Assembly (NCBI GenBank): GCA_964447765.1
Contig: CAYUTO010000002.1
Span: 148,316-212,315, forward strand
Source: an uncultured Gammaproteobacteria bacterium
Lineage (GTDB): Bacteria; Patescibacteriota; Patescibacteriia; Magasanikbacterales; UBA922
Length of the DNA: 64,000 bases
Reading direction: 5' to 3'
Shown: one piece after another, positions 34,444 through 43,245 of the stretch
How positions within the stretch are numbered: position 1 is the first letter of the stretch
Layout: each line of letters starts with the position of its first letter
Translations under genes and position numbers: made by a program
Notes under the pieces: model-generated
What the model was told of the DNA's origin: nothing
What the model saw: only the letters and a program-made list of their open reading frames with translations
Database searches by the model: none

Positions 34444-35397
34444 ATGGAAATAAACAGAAAAAAATTAATTAGTATTGTCACTCCATGCTACAACGAAGAG
34501 TTGAATGTAGAAGAGTTGTATACTGAAGTAAAAAAAGTAATGACTGAATTGTCGCAGTATGACTATGAGCATATTTTTATTGATAATGCATCAGCTGATA
34601 AAACAGTCGACATATTGAAGCGTCTTGCTGCAGTAGATCATAAGGTAAAAATTATTGTAAATGTACGAAACTTTGGGCATATTCGCTCACCATATTATGG
34701 TGTGCAACAGGCACACGGAGACGCTATTATCCTTATGGCTTCAGACTTGCAAGATCCGCCGCATCTAATCAAAGAGCTAACACGAAAATGGGAAGAGGGG
34801 AATGATATCGTGGTTGCAGTAAAAAATAAAAGTGAGGAAAATAAATTATTATTTGCAGTTCGAAAAGTGTATTATACACTGATAAAAAAATTGTCTGAGG
34901 TGGAACAGATAAAGAATTTTACCGGATTCGGGCTTTATGACCAGAAATTTATCAAAGTACTTCGCACCTTTGATGAGCCATACCCGTATTTCCGCGGACT
35001 AATTACTGAAATTGGTTTTAAACGCGCTGAGATTACGTATGTCCAGCCTACACGCAAGCGTGGAAAAACCAGTAATAATTTCTATTCGCTCTACGACCTT
35101 GCAATGGTAGGATTTGTAAATCATTCTAAATTTCCGATTCGTCTCGCAAGCCTCATTGGTTTTGGTATGTCCATTGTAAGCTTGTTAGTCGCTGTGGTGT
35201 ATTTGATATACAAATTATTGTATTGGGATCGATTTGAGGCAGGGTTTGCGCCAGTAACGATTGGATTATTTTTCTTTGGGTCAATACAATTATTTTTTAT
35301 TGGTATTATCGGAGAATATGTAGGGGCAATTCATACGCAAGTAAAAAATCGTCCACTCGTTATTGAAAAAGAACGTGTTAACTTTGATTCAAAATAG
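34444..35397 (+). CDS. GT2 polyprenyl-phosphate glycosyltransferase (DPM1/GtrB/ArnC-like) with a C-terminal two-helix membrane anchor.
   Basis: ISIVTPCYNEELNVEEL...IFIDNASADKT and DLQDPP form the GT-A DXD region. The C-terminal TM helices are typical of GtrB/ArnC. The ORF track starts at 34396. The ATG at 34444 avoids overlap. Confidence 0.7.
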   Translation: MEINRKKLISIVTPCYNEELNVEELYTEVKKVMTELSQYDYEHIFIDNASADKTVDILKRLAAVDHKVKIIVNVRNFGHIRSPYYGVQQAHGDAIILMASDLQDPPHLIKELTRKWEEGNDIVVAVKNKSEENKLLFAVRKVYYTLIKKLSEVEQIKNFTGFGLYDQKFIKVLRTFDEPYPYFRGLITEIGFKRAEITYVQPTRKRGKTSNNFYSLYDLAMVGFVNHSKFPIRLASLIGFGMSIVSLLVAVVYLIYKLLYWDRFEAGFAPVTIGLFFFGSIQLFFIGIIGEYVGAIHTQVKNRPLVIEKERVNFDSK

Positions 35398-35415
35398 CAC
35401 ACGTAAGTAAGAAAT

Positions 35416-35445
35416 AAAAAATCAGGCCTCGAGCCTGGTTTTTTG
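35416..35445 (+). terminator. Rho-independent terminator: caggc-ctcga-gcctg, then T7.
   Basis: Hairpin plus T run after the GT2 gene stop. Confidence 0.5.
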
Positions 35446-35471
35446 AATATAAGTAATAGCGAGGTCAAATA

Positions 35472-35500
35472 TTGACCTTTTTGGTAGTTTGTGATAGATT
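35472..35500 (+). promoter_or_regulatory. sigma70-like promoter: TTGACC, 17 nt, TAGATT. The -35 lies within a small palindrome, ggtcaaatattgacc.
   Basis: Read directly. It is the same -10 hexamer as the gene-4 promoter. AAGGAGG lies 9 nt before the ATG at 35552. Confidence 0.6.
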
Positions 35501-35551
35501 CTTCTATCTTCTAGATCCACAGTGGGTCAGAAGTTTAAGGAGGATAGGATA

Positions 35552-36109
35552 ATGAGTCTTCAGGATGATATGGACGCGCTGTTGGGTGGAGTCGACCCAG
35601 CGAGCCCTGAGTACAAGGCCGTGGTGGCCCGCCTCATGAACAAGATCGACCCCATGATGCCGCTCGGTACGCCGCTTCATAGCGCCTGCGTTCGTCTGAA
35701 CGGAGGAATCGCCTTCGAGGCTGCCTGCATACGCCTGAGCCGCGATAATGGTAAGATCGAGGTGTACCTCAGGCGGCGTGGTGACAACGAAGATGCTCAT
35801 CCGGGGCAGTGGCATCTGCCAGGAAGCTTCGTGCGTCAAGGAGAGCAGATCGAGATCACTGCATGGCGGTTGGGCAAGGGAGAATTCAAGTCCCTGGTCA
35901 CTGACTTCCGGCACGTCGGCGACTTCAAGACTCCGGACGATCGAGGGGAGATCGAATCCAAGCTGTTCCGCGTCTGGCTCGACACTGGGCCGCAGATCGA
36001 CGAGCGCCATCAATGGTTCCCGTACGATCAACTGCCGGACAAGATGGTCGACTTCCACGCAGAGACACTGATTCCTGCTGCCGTGGAGTTCGTTCGTCAG
36101 GGACGCTAG
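35552..36109 (+). CDS. High-GC NUDIX-fold protein with a degenerate Nudix box (paralog A).
   Basis: HPGQWHLPGSFVRQGEQIEITAWRLGKGEF aligns with the Nudix G.W..PGG.VE.GE... segment, but the REUxEE catalytic residues are not conserved. GC-rich third codon positions contrast with the surrounding AT-rich genes. Confidence 0.6.
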   Translation: MSLQDDMDALLGGVDPASPEYKAVVARLMNKIDPMMPLGTPLHSACVRLNGGIAFEAACIRLSRDNGKIEVYLRRRGDNEDAHPGQWHLPGSFVRQGEQIEITAWRLGKGEFKSLVTDFRHVGDFKTPDDRGEIESKLFRVWLDTGPQIDERHQWFPYDQLPDKMVDFHAETLIPAAVEFVRQGR

Positions 36110-36187
36110 TCTCAGGCCTAGGAATCTACAACATAGGTTCCGTCCATCACCTCACAAGGGTGGTGGACGGGGCTCATAAATTAACTA

Positions 36188-36210
36188 GGCAACAGAATTG
36201 CCTTTTTTTG
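36188..36210 (+). terminator. Rho-independent terminator: ggcaa-cagaa-ttgcc, then T7. It is preceded by a 12-bp GC-rich stem-loop at 36139-36169.
   Basis: Read directly. Confidence 0.6.
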
Positions 36211-36224
36211 TTTGAAATGATAGG

Positions 36225-36848
36225 ATGAGAGCATATTTTAGCCAAATTGTTATGCCAAGAACGTCCTCAAAAAAGGTAAAGATGCGGAGCACTATTTCAG
36301 AGAAATTAGAACATTTTGGTATTACACCTCATGAGGTTATTGAGCTCTTTGAGAGTCTTGTGGAAAATACATGGAAAGATAAAGATAAGGAGCTCATACA
36401 TAGTGATAATTCTCTCGATAAAAGGTTATTCGAAGCAATTGCAAAACTTGGTATTTCAGTTGCACTCGAAGCTGTGCTATTGCGTACCAAAGGAGGGAAT
36501 ACTGAGGTCTTTATGACAAAGCGAGGGAAGTATGAAAGTTTTCCAGGGCAGTGGCATTGTCCAGGTAGTGTATTCCGTCCAGGCGAGTTTCCTCGTAATG
36601 TAGTCGACCGACTTGCAGACAAAGAATTCAAAGCAAAAATCACCCTTGAAAGTGATTGTGTGACTGATCTATTTATCAAAGAAATGCGCGGATGGTTTTT
36701 GTCACGAGTGTATCTGGTGAGTGTAGTAGGAAAGCCGACTTCAAAAGGAAAATGGTTTTCAGTTACCAAATTGCCAAAAAATACCGTTGCACATCATCAA
36801 AACTTTGTGATTCCAAAAGCAGTGAAGCAGTATAAAAAATTGAAATAA
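36225..36848 (+). CDS. Low-GC NUDIX-fold protein with a degenerate Nudix box (paralog B of 35552-36109).
   Basis: FPGQWHCPGSVFRPGEFPRNVVDRLADKEF is homologous to HPGQWHLPGSFVRQGE... in the upstream gene, at roughly 30-35% identity over about 140 aa. Codon usage is native AT-rich. The true start may be downstream, near 36282. Confidence 0.6.
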   Translation: MRAYFSQIVMPRTSSKKVKMRSTISEKLEHFGITPHEVIELFESLVENTWKDKDKELIHSDNSLDKRLFEAIAKLGISVALEAVLLRTKGGNTEVFMTKRGKYESFPGQWHCPGSVFRPGEFPRNVVDRLADKEFKAKITLESDCVTDLFIKEMRGWFLSRVYLVSVVGKPTSKGKWFSVTKLPKNTVAHHQNFVIPKAVKQYKKLK

Positions 36849-36851
36849 GCT

Positions 36852-38162
36852 ATGGACGACAAATTGAAACAACTATTGATTGAAGATTATAATGCTCGAT
36901 TTGCGGTAAAACCATTTGTTCCTGGTGTTTCAGTAGTTCCTGTATCTGGAAAAGTATTTGATACTGAGGAAATTATCAATGCGACCGAAGCAGTACTTGA
37001 AGGCTGGTGGACTGATGGCAAATATACTGCTATGTTTGAACATCGCATGGCACAGTGGCTTGGTGTAAAGTATGGTTGTTTTGTGAATTCAGGTTCGTCT
37101 GCAAATCTTATCGCCGTGACCGCTCTTACCTCAATGAAATTGCAAGAAAAAAGACTGAAACCCGGAGACGAAGTAATTACGGTCGCAGCAGGATTCCCAA
37201 GTACGGTAAATCCGATTGTGCAGAATGGATTGGTTCCTGTATTTGTCGATGTTGATCTAGGAACTTATAATGCGAACATTGAAGCTATCAAGCAAGCAGT
37301 GTCTCCGAAGACCCGGGCAATTATGATTGCTCATACTCTGGGTAATCCATTTGATCTAGGAGCAATCAAAGAATTATGTGACAAGCATGATTTCTGGCTT
37401 ATTGAAGACAATTGTGATGCCTTGGGAGCGACATTTAATGGTAAAAAGACAGGTACATTTGGGCATATTGCAACTTGTAGTTTTTATCCAGCGCACCACA
37501 TTACTACCGCAGAAGGTGGAATGGTATTTACGAATAACTCGAGACTGTACAAGATTATTGAATCAATCAGAGATTGGGGGCGTGATTGTTGGTGCGAAAC
37601 AGGTAAAGATAATACCTGTCAAAAGCGTTTTTGTTGGCAATTGGGAGAATTGCCTTACGGGTATGATCATAAATATATTTATTCAGAAATGGGTTATAAC
37701 CTGAAAGCTACTGATATTCAGGCAGCACTTGGGCTTGCACAATTTGCAAAACTGGATTCTTTTATTGAAAAAAGAAGAGAGAACTTTAACATCTTGTACG
37801 AAGGATTAAAAAAATTCGAAGAATATTTTATATTGCCATCGTGGCAAAAGGAAGTTAATCCAAGTTGGTTTGGGTTTCTGATTACGCTCAAAGACACTGC
37901 TCCATTCACACGCGATGAACTTGTACAATACTTGCAAGATAAAAAAATTGGAACCAGATTTTTGTTTGCAGGCAATATTTTGAGGCAGCCTTATTTTGTT
38001 GATCGAGAAATTGAGTATCGTGTGGTAGGGGAGTTAAAAAATGCTGACACCATTGTAAAAAACACGTTCTGGATCGGTGTATATCCGGGGCTTACCCACG
38101 AAATGCTTGAATACATTATTACGATTTTTGAAGAGTTTGTGAGCAAACGCTCTACCTTATGA
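36852..38162 (+). CDS. rfbH: CDP-6-deoxy-D-xylo-4-hexulose-3-dehydrase (E1; DdhC/RfbH/AscC-like). It is a PMP-dependent [2Fe-2S] 3-deoxygenation enzyme.
   Basis: DegT/DnrJ/EryC1 fold (VNSGSSANL...). FYPAHHITTAEGG has His-His where aminotransferases have the PLP lysine. The exact Cys spacing C-X57-C-X1-C-X7-C (EDNC...RDCWCETGKDNTC) is the E1 iron-sulfur signature. It is 436 aa. Confidence 0.8.
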   Translation: MDDKLKQLLIEDYNARFAVKPFVPGVSVVPVSGKVFDTEEIINATEAVLEGWWTDGKYTAMFEHRMAQWLGVKYGCFVNSGSSANLIAVTALTSMKLQEKRLKPGDEVITVAAGFPSTVNPIVQNGLVPVFVDVDLGTYNANIEAIKQAVSPKTRAIMIAHTLGNPFDLGAIKELCDKHDFWLIEDNCDALGATFNGKKTGTFGHIATCSFYPAHHITTAEGGMVFTNNSRLYKIIESIRDWGRDCWCETGKDNTCQKRFCWQLGELPYGYDHKYIYSEMGYNLKATDIQAALGLAQFAKLDSFIEKRRENFNILYEGLKKFEEYFILPSWQKEVNPSWFGFLITLKDTAPFTRDELVQYLQDKKIGTRFLFAGNILRQPYFVDREIEYRVVGELKNADTIVKNTFWIGVYPGLTHEMLEYIITIFEEFVSKRSTL

Positions 38163-40426
38163 TCGCAACCATACTGTACATAGTAGCTTGGATGGTTCTC
38201 GGTGGGTTTTCAATCATCGCGTATTCATCAATTTTTGCAAAGAATTGTTTTTTTCAATCAAGCACATTGCTATGTCCGGCAACGCTGACGCTTGGACAAA
38301 AAATTCTCAGCTTCTCTATAGTGGTATTCATGATTATCGCTTTTCTTTTTTTTGGGCGAATCGTATGGAAATGGTTTAAAGAACAGATGGTTCCTTCAAA
38401 ATGGAAAAATAGTGTAGGGATTGCAGTTATAGCTGCTGCACTATTAGTAGTGCCATTTGGATCAAGTGACATGAGCTATTATTTTGCAGCTGGCAGGGCA
38501 CAAGATGAAGGGCTGAATATCTATACCGAAGTCTGGCAAATGGAAAAAGATTTCGTATATCCCGTGCCCCACGATACGATCATTGGATTTTCCTATGGAC
38601 CCATTATCGCGCATATATTCAGAGTTTTGTATCAGATGTCTGGAGGAGAGATTGTATGGTTCATGCTGTACTGGAAAGTATTCATGCTCGGCTGTATTTT
38701 TGCAGCCGTATTTTTAATAAAAAAATTGTTACAGGTACTTGGTGCATCGATAGATAAAAAGGTGCTATATGCAGTGCTCGTGTTACAGCCATTGCTCTTG
38801 TTCGAAGTCCTGGTTAATGGTCATTTTGATATAGCATGGTTACTTGCGGTGTTGGCAGCAATTATCTATGCGCATAACAAAAGGTGGTCGTTGGTTATCC
38901 CACTCCTGATTCTCGGTGTATGGATAAAATTTATCCCAGCCCTCATTGCACCTTTTTTTCTTCTATGGTGGTGGCAATCATTCACCAAAGAAAATTGGAG
39001 AGTACAGGTACGTGAAACGATAGGGGGTATACTTCTTGGTGGTTTAGTAAGTGTTGCTGCATGGTATTCTTATTGGGAGGGCTTCACAGTCTTTAAATCA
39101 GTCCTCATACAATCAAAGTGGGCAGTGATGAGTCTCTTTGCTTCATTATACTTTTCGTTAAAGCCCTTATTTGCTAGTTTGTTTCAAGATGGGGCACATC
39201 AAGTACTTACTCTCCTGGTGCATGGAGTAGTCTTTGCACTATTCGTCTATTTCCTGTGGCCATATGTGACGAAAGTGATAGGAATCGTACGTAAGAAAAT
39301 AATCTGGAGTACGAGTGAATATATCACCGCGATGTTTGTATTTTTGCTGGTGTACTTGCTCGTGTGGCAAAAGTCATTTTTGCCGTGGTATGGTCTATGG
39401 TTTCTGCCGTTTGGTTTGATATTGTATAGCATTCATAAGAATGTTTTTGTTCTCCGAATCACTCACTGGCTCACGATTACTCCGTTTGTGTACTATGTGT
39501 TATGGCTCATTGATTGGTATCTCACAAGAACTGACGCAGGGAATGAAGTATGGTTTTATTGGTCAATAGTCGTTATTGTTTTTCTATATCCGCTTCATAC
39601 ACTACTCGTGTGGAGAAAAAATTCATTTGAAATTAAAGAGTCTAGCACAGAACATCAGTCCGTTAAGGGTGACAGTCTAATCAGTTTTGTATTTCGCCAA
39701 ATATATAAAATAGTTTTTGCGTATCCATTCAGCGCAATCGTTACAGGTATTTTTCTTTTCAAGAAATTACCAAAAGATGAAAAAAAGACATGTACACATT
39801 GTTTTATTATAACCTCAGTGATTTATCCAAAAAATATTGCATTAAGTTACGCATCCACTCGTTCAGTGTATTCTCCAGAGCAAAGATATGAGCAGACTCT
39901 TGCAACCATTGATTCAATACGGGGGAGTGTACCTGCGGCACATATCGTATGTGTCGAAGCTGGACTTCGATCTGAGCCATTTGATTTGAAGCATAAAGTG
40001 GATACCTATATATATGCTGGCGATAGTAGGCTCGTGCGGAATGCGTGTGACAGTAGCCTCAAAAGTCTGGGAGAAGTTACGATGCTGGTGCATGCATATA
40101 AGAAGCTCCCTCAAGCACAGAGATATTTCAAAATTAGTGGAAGATATTGCTTGAACAATGACTTTAGTCTGCATGAATGGGAGAAAGGTGAGATAGTATA
40201 TCACTACATTCGACCTGATTTTATCTCGACCAGACTGTATAGTTTTACTTTTGCCACGAAGCATGAATGGTACAAGGCATTGATTGTGGGAATTCCATAT
40301 CTATTTCTTGATTATCCGATCGAGCATACGCTAGCACGCTTTACCAAGAAAGAGCCTATTTCAAAAATTGAAACAGTGGGTATCATGGGCGCTGATGCTA
40401 CTAATGGAAAAGAAGTAAAAGAGTAA
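38159..40426 (+). CDS. Large polytopic membrane protein of unknown function. It has about 14 TM helices (GT-C-like) plus a ~250-aa C-terminal soluble domain.
   Basis: Hydrophobic periodicity through residue ~500. The C-terminal domain (CTHCFIITSVIYPKN...) has no motif I recognise. It is embedded in the glycosylation operon and overlaps the E1 stop by 4 nt. Confidence 0.45.
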   Translation: MIATILYIVAWMVLGGFSIIAYSSIFAKNCFFQSSTLLCPATLTLGQKILSFSIVVFMIIAFLFFGRIVWKWFKEQMVPSKWKNSVGIAVIAAALLVVPFGSSDMSYYFAAGRAQDEGLNIYTEVWQMEKDFVYPVPHDTIIGFSYGPIIAHIFRVLYQMSGGEIVWFMLYWKVFMLGCIFAAVFLIKKLLQVLGASIDKKVLYAVLVLQPLLLFEVLVNGHFDIAWLLAVLAAIIYAHNKRWSLVIPLLILGVWIKFIPALIAPFFLLWWWQSFTKENWRVQVRETIGGILLGGLVSVAAWYSYWEGFTVFKSVLIQSKWAVMSLFASLYFSLKPLFASLFQDGAHQVLTLLVHGVVFALFVYFLWPYVTKVIGIVRKKIIWSTSEYITAMFVFLLVYLLVWQKSFLPWYGLWFLPFGLILYSIHKNVFVLRITHWLTITPFVYYVLWLIDWYLTRTDAGNEVWFYWSIVVIVFLYPLHTLLVWRKNSFEIKESSTEHQSVKGDSLISFVFRQIYKIVFAYPFSAIVTGIFLFKKLPKDEKKTCTHCFIITSVIYPKNIALSYASTRSVYSPEQRYEQTLATIDSIRGSVPAAHIVCVEAGLRSEPFDLKHKVDTYIYAGDSRLVRNACDSSLKSLGEVTMLVHAYKKLPQAQRYFKISGRYCLNNDFSLHEWEKGEIVYHYIRPDFISTRLYSFTFATKHEWYKALIVGIPYLFLDYPIEHTLARFTKKEPISKIETVGIMGADATNGKEVKE

Positions 40427-40427
40427 T

Positions 40428-41729
40428 ATGAAAATAATTACATTCATCAAGGAACTCAAGGATAAAAAATTTGTACGTGATACGACGTATTTATATGTGA
40501 GTGCTGTTCTGAATGGTTTGTCATTATTTTTGGTGAGTGTATTGCTTGGTCGTAATTTCGAAAAAGAATGGTTTGCCATTTTTTCTCTTTCAATTCTTGC
40601 GCTGAGTACTGTCGCAGAAATGTCTGATCTGGGGCTCAATGGGGGACTGCTTCGATTCGCTCCATTCTATATCGCTCATCAAGAGTTTGATAAATTAAAA
40701 CAATTAGTGAAGACAATTGCAAAGTGGAGAGTAATTATGGCAACCGTTGTTACTGTAGCAGGCATACTGTTGTCATATCCGATAGCTCATTTTATCTTGA
40801 AGCAAGAAGAGATGGTTGGGTATCTTGCGTTCTCATTTATGGGGATTGGTGGCATCATATTTTTAGGATTTATTTCAACCTATCTCCAGGCAGCACAAAG
40901 ATTTTTCTATCATGCAGGATTACAGACACTCAAAGGTGTGGTGCGGCTTGGTCTTATCTCATTACTGATAATGCTCGGTGTTACTAATATCTACTACTAT
41001 CTCGGAGTATATATCTGTGTGCCATGGGTATTATGTATCATCAATTTTCATGTATTGCCACGTGGATTTGCACAGGTAAAAATTGATGATGAGGTCCGAA
41101 AAAAAATGCATTCGCAATTGGCAAAGTTTAGTGCATGGCTTACGATCTGGTCACTATTTTCAATTATTGCGAGCCGAATTGATCAGGTGATTATTAGTCG
41201 CTATCTTGGTCTCGAAGAGGTTGCAATCTATGCGGTTGCGTACCAACTGATACAATTCTATCCTTATATTGCACAATCTATAACCGCAGTCCTCGCCCCA
41301 AAAATAAATGGACTACATTCTGTAGAAGAAATACAAGCTTTTTTAAAACGTTCGTTGAAATGGATTGTGTTGGTAATACTGAGTGTAGGTATTGTGGTAT
41401 ATCCTTCACAATATTTGATTACCTTATTATTCGGCAATGACTACGTGCGGGCATTACCCGTGTATCTAATATTGGCGTATAGTCTGGTATTGAATTTACT
41501 GAGTGTGCCATTTTCGCTTGTGATTACTGTGTACAATCGAACCTATTTGATGGCTTTTTCAGGGGTCGTGCAGTTGGTCATTAATATTATTGGCACCATT
41601 CTCCTTATTCCCCGTTTTGGTATTATGGGTGCAGGCTACACTTTTTTCCTTGGTATTGTGGTATCTGTGGTATATAATATGGTGTGCTCATATTATCTAC
41701 TTAAGTATAAAAAAATTATTGTTCAATAA
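40428..41729 (+). CDS. Wzx-like oligosaccharide flippase (MOP/polysaccharide-biosynthesis-protein family).
   Basis: 433 aa with about 12-14 TM helices. It has the LLGRNFEKEW... architecture typical of PST-family flippases. It lies in the glycan island. Confidence 0.55.
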   Translation: MKIITFIKELKDKKFVRDTTYLYVSAVLNGLSLFLVSVLLGRNFEKEWFAIFSLSILALSTVAEMSDLGLNGGLLRFAPFYIAHQEFDKLKQLVKTIAKWRVIMATVVTVAGILLSYPIAHFILKQEEMVGYLAFSFMGIGGIIFLGFISTYLQAAQRFFYHAGLQTLKGVVRLGLISLLIMLGVTNIYYYLGVYICVPWVLCIINFHVLPRGFAQVKIDDEVRKKMHSQLAKFSAWLTIWSLFSIIASRIDQVIISRYLGLEEVAIYAVAYQLIQFYPYIAQSITAVLAPKINGLHSVEEIQAFLKRSLKWIVLVILSVGIVVYPSQYLITLLFGNDYVRALPVYLILAYSLVLNLLSVPFSLVITVYNRTYLMAFSGVVQLVINIIGTILLIPRFGIMGAGYTFFLGIVVSVVYNMVCSYYLLKYKKIIVQ

Positions 41730-41730
41730 T

Positions 41731-42516
41731 ATGGGCCTTACGGTACACTGCATGGTAAAAAATGAAGAAAAGTATATCGGGTATGCACTGAGATCGGTGG
41801 TTGATTTTGCGGATACGATACTGGTATTTGATACAGGATCGACCGACAGCACTGTCTCGATTATTACAGAACTTCAGAAGATTTATTCCAATATTTATTT
41901 TGAACAAAAAGGGGAAGTGGATCAAAAAAGACATACTGAATTGCGACAGGAAATGATTGAGAAGACTACTACTGATTGGTTTATGATTCTTGATGGTGAT
42001 GAAATTTGGACGAAGAGGGCTATGGACGAAGCATCTACAGCAATGAAATCAGAAAGCTTTCAGTGTCTCATTGCACCGTTCTATCTGTGTGTCGGTGACC
42101 TCTATCACTCGTCAAAAAAAGGTATGTATACCTTGAATGGTGTTGTGGCTCATGCGACGCCACGGTTTTTCAAAAATATGCCTGGCCTCTCATGGAAGGG
42201 GAAGTATAATGAAGACGCAGTATATACTAAAGAAGAAAAAAAAGTATTTGAAGAATCAGGTACACGTGTGCTTAAAGAAAAATTTTGGCATGTAACACAC
42301 TTGAAGCGTTCGGAAAGAGATGATGATGAGTATAGTTCAGGTTCAAATAGAAAGCTCAAAAGACGCTTAACTTATACGTATATTGGTGTAGAAATACCCG
42401 AGAGTATACCAGAAGTTTTTCTGCTTCAGCCTAGTGAGGTGACCAAAAAAATGAGCCACATGCAATCAGTGAAAAATTTTATTCAATTACTGTATTTTAA
42501 ATTGAGACATTCGTAA
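41731..42516 (+). CDS. GT2-family glycosyltransferase (GT-A fold).
   Basis: MVKNEEKYIGYALRSVVDFADTILVFDTGSTDSTV and MILDGDE (DXD). The ORF track start at 41590 is an upstream extension overlapping the flippase. The ATG at 41731 follows the flippase stop. Confidence 0.65.
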   Translation: MGLTVHCMVKNEEKYIGYALRSVVDFADTILVFDTGSTDSTVSIITELQKIYSNIYFEQKGEVDQKRHTELRQEMIEKTTTDWFMILDGDEIWTKRAMDEASTAMKSESFQCLIAPFYLCVGDLYHSSKKGMYTLNGVVAHATPRFFKNMPGLSWKGKYNEDAVYTKEEKKVFEESGTRVLKEKFWHVTHLKRSERDDDEYSSGSNRKLKRRLTYTYIGVEIPESIPEVFLLQPSEVTKKMSHMQSVKNFIQLLYFKLRHS

Positions 42517-42517
42517 T

Positions 42518-43183
42518 ATGAAAAGAAATTATAGATTTGACCCAAATCCAGTCAATACACACATGCTTTTGTTAAATGAAATAGCTCCGAATACTCGAGT
42601 TCTTGAGGTGGGTACTGCGAGCGGTTACCTCGGTGAATATCTGATACACGAGAAGAAATGTGAAGTGTGGGGGATAGAGCCAGTGCGAGAATTATATGTG
42701 GACGCAGAAAGTGTTGGATATACCAAACTTGTCAATAAAACAGTTGAAGAATGTATTCAAGATAATGACCTGAAGGATCAAAAATTTGACTATATACTAT
42801 TGGGAGATGTACTTGAGCATATGACCAATCCTCATGCGGTAATGAAAAGTCTGCGTGAGTACTTGAAACCAGAAGGTAAATGCGTTATTTCACTTCCAAA
42901 TGTTGCTCATTATTCGATACGTTGGGCATTACTTCGTGGGAAATGGGACATGACTGATTCAGGTATTATGGATCGGACTCATTTTGTATTTTTTACCAGG
43001 AAGACAATTCGTGAAATGATCGAGCAAAGCGGATATAAAATCGTACTCGATCGTCCTTCAGGGGGGTATATGGAAAGATGGGGGCAGCGTCGAGTGTTTG
43101 GTATTGGTAGAAAAATATTATTTACTTTTCCTAATTTATTTTCTCAACAATTTATTGTTGTTGCTGGAATAGATAAAAAGTAA
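42518..43183 (+). CDS. Class I SAM-dependent methyltransferase.
   Basis: Motif I VLEVGTASGYLGEYL. Motif II/III region ILLGDVLEHMTNP. Confidence 0.75.
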   Translation: MKRNYRFDPNPVNTHMLLLNEIAPNTRVLEVGTASGYLGEYLIHEKKCEVWGIEPVRELYVDAESVGYTKLVNKTVEECIQDNDLKDQKFDYILLGDVLEHMTNPHAVMKSLREYLKPEGKCVISLPNVAHYSIRWALLRGKWDMTDSGIMDRTHFVFFTRKTIREMIEQSGYKIVLDRPSGGYMERWGQRRVFGIGRKILFTFPNLFSQQFIVVAGIDKK

Positions 43184-43245
43184 CATTCAAATTTATAGTG
43201 AACCTATATAGTTGAGGTTTTGAGAGGCTTTATAACTTGTCTAGT

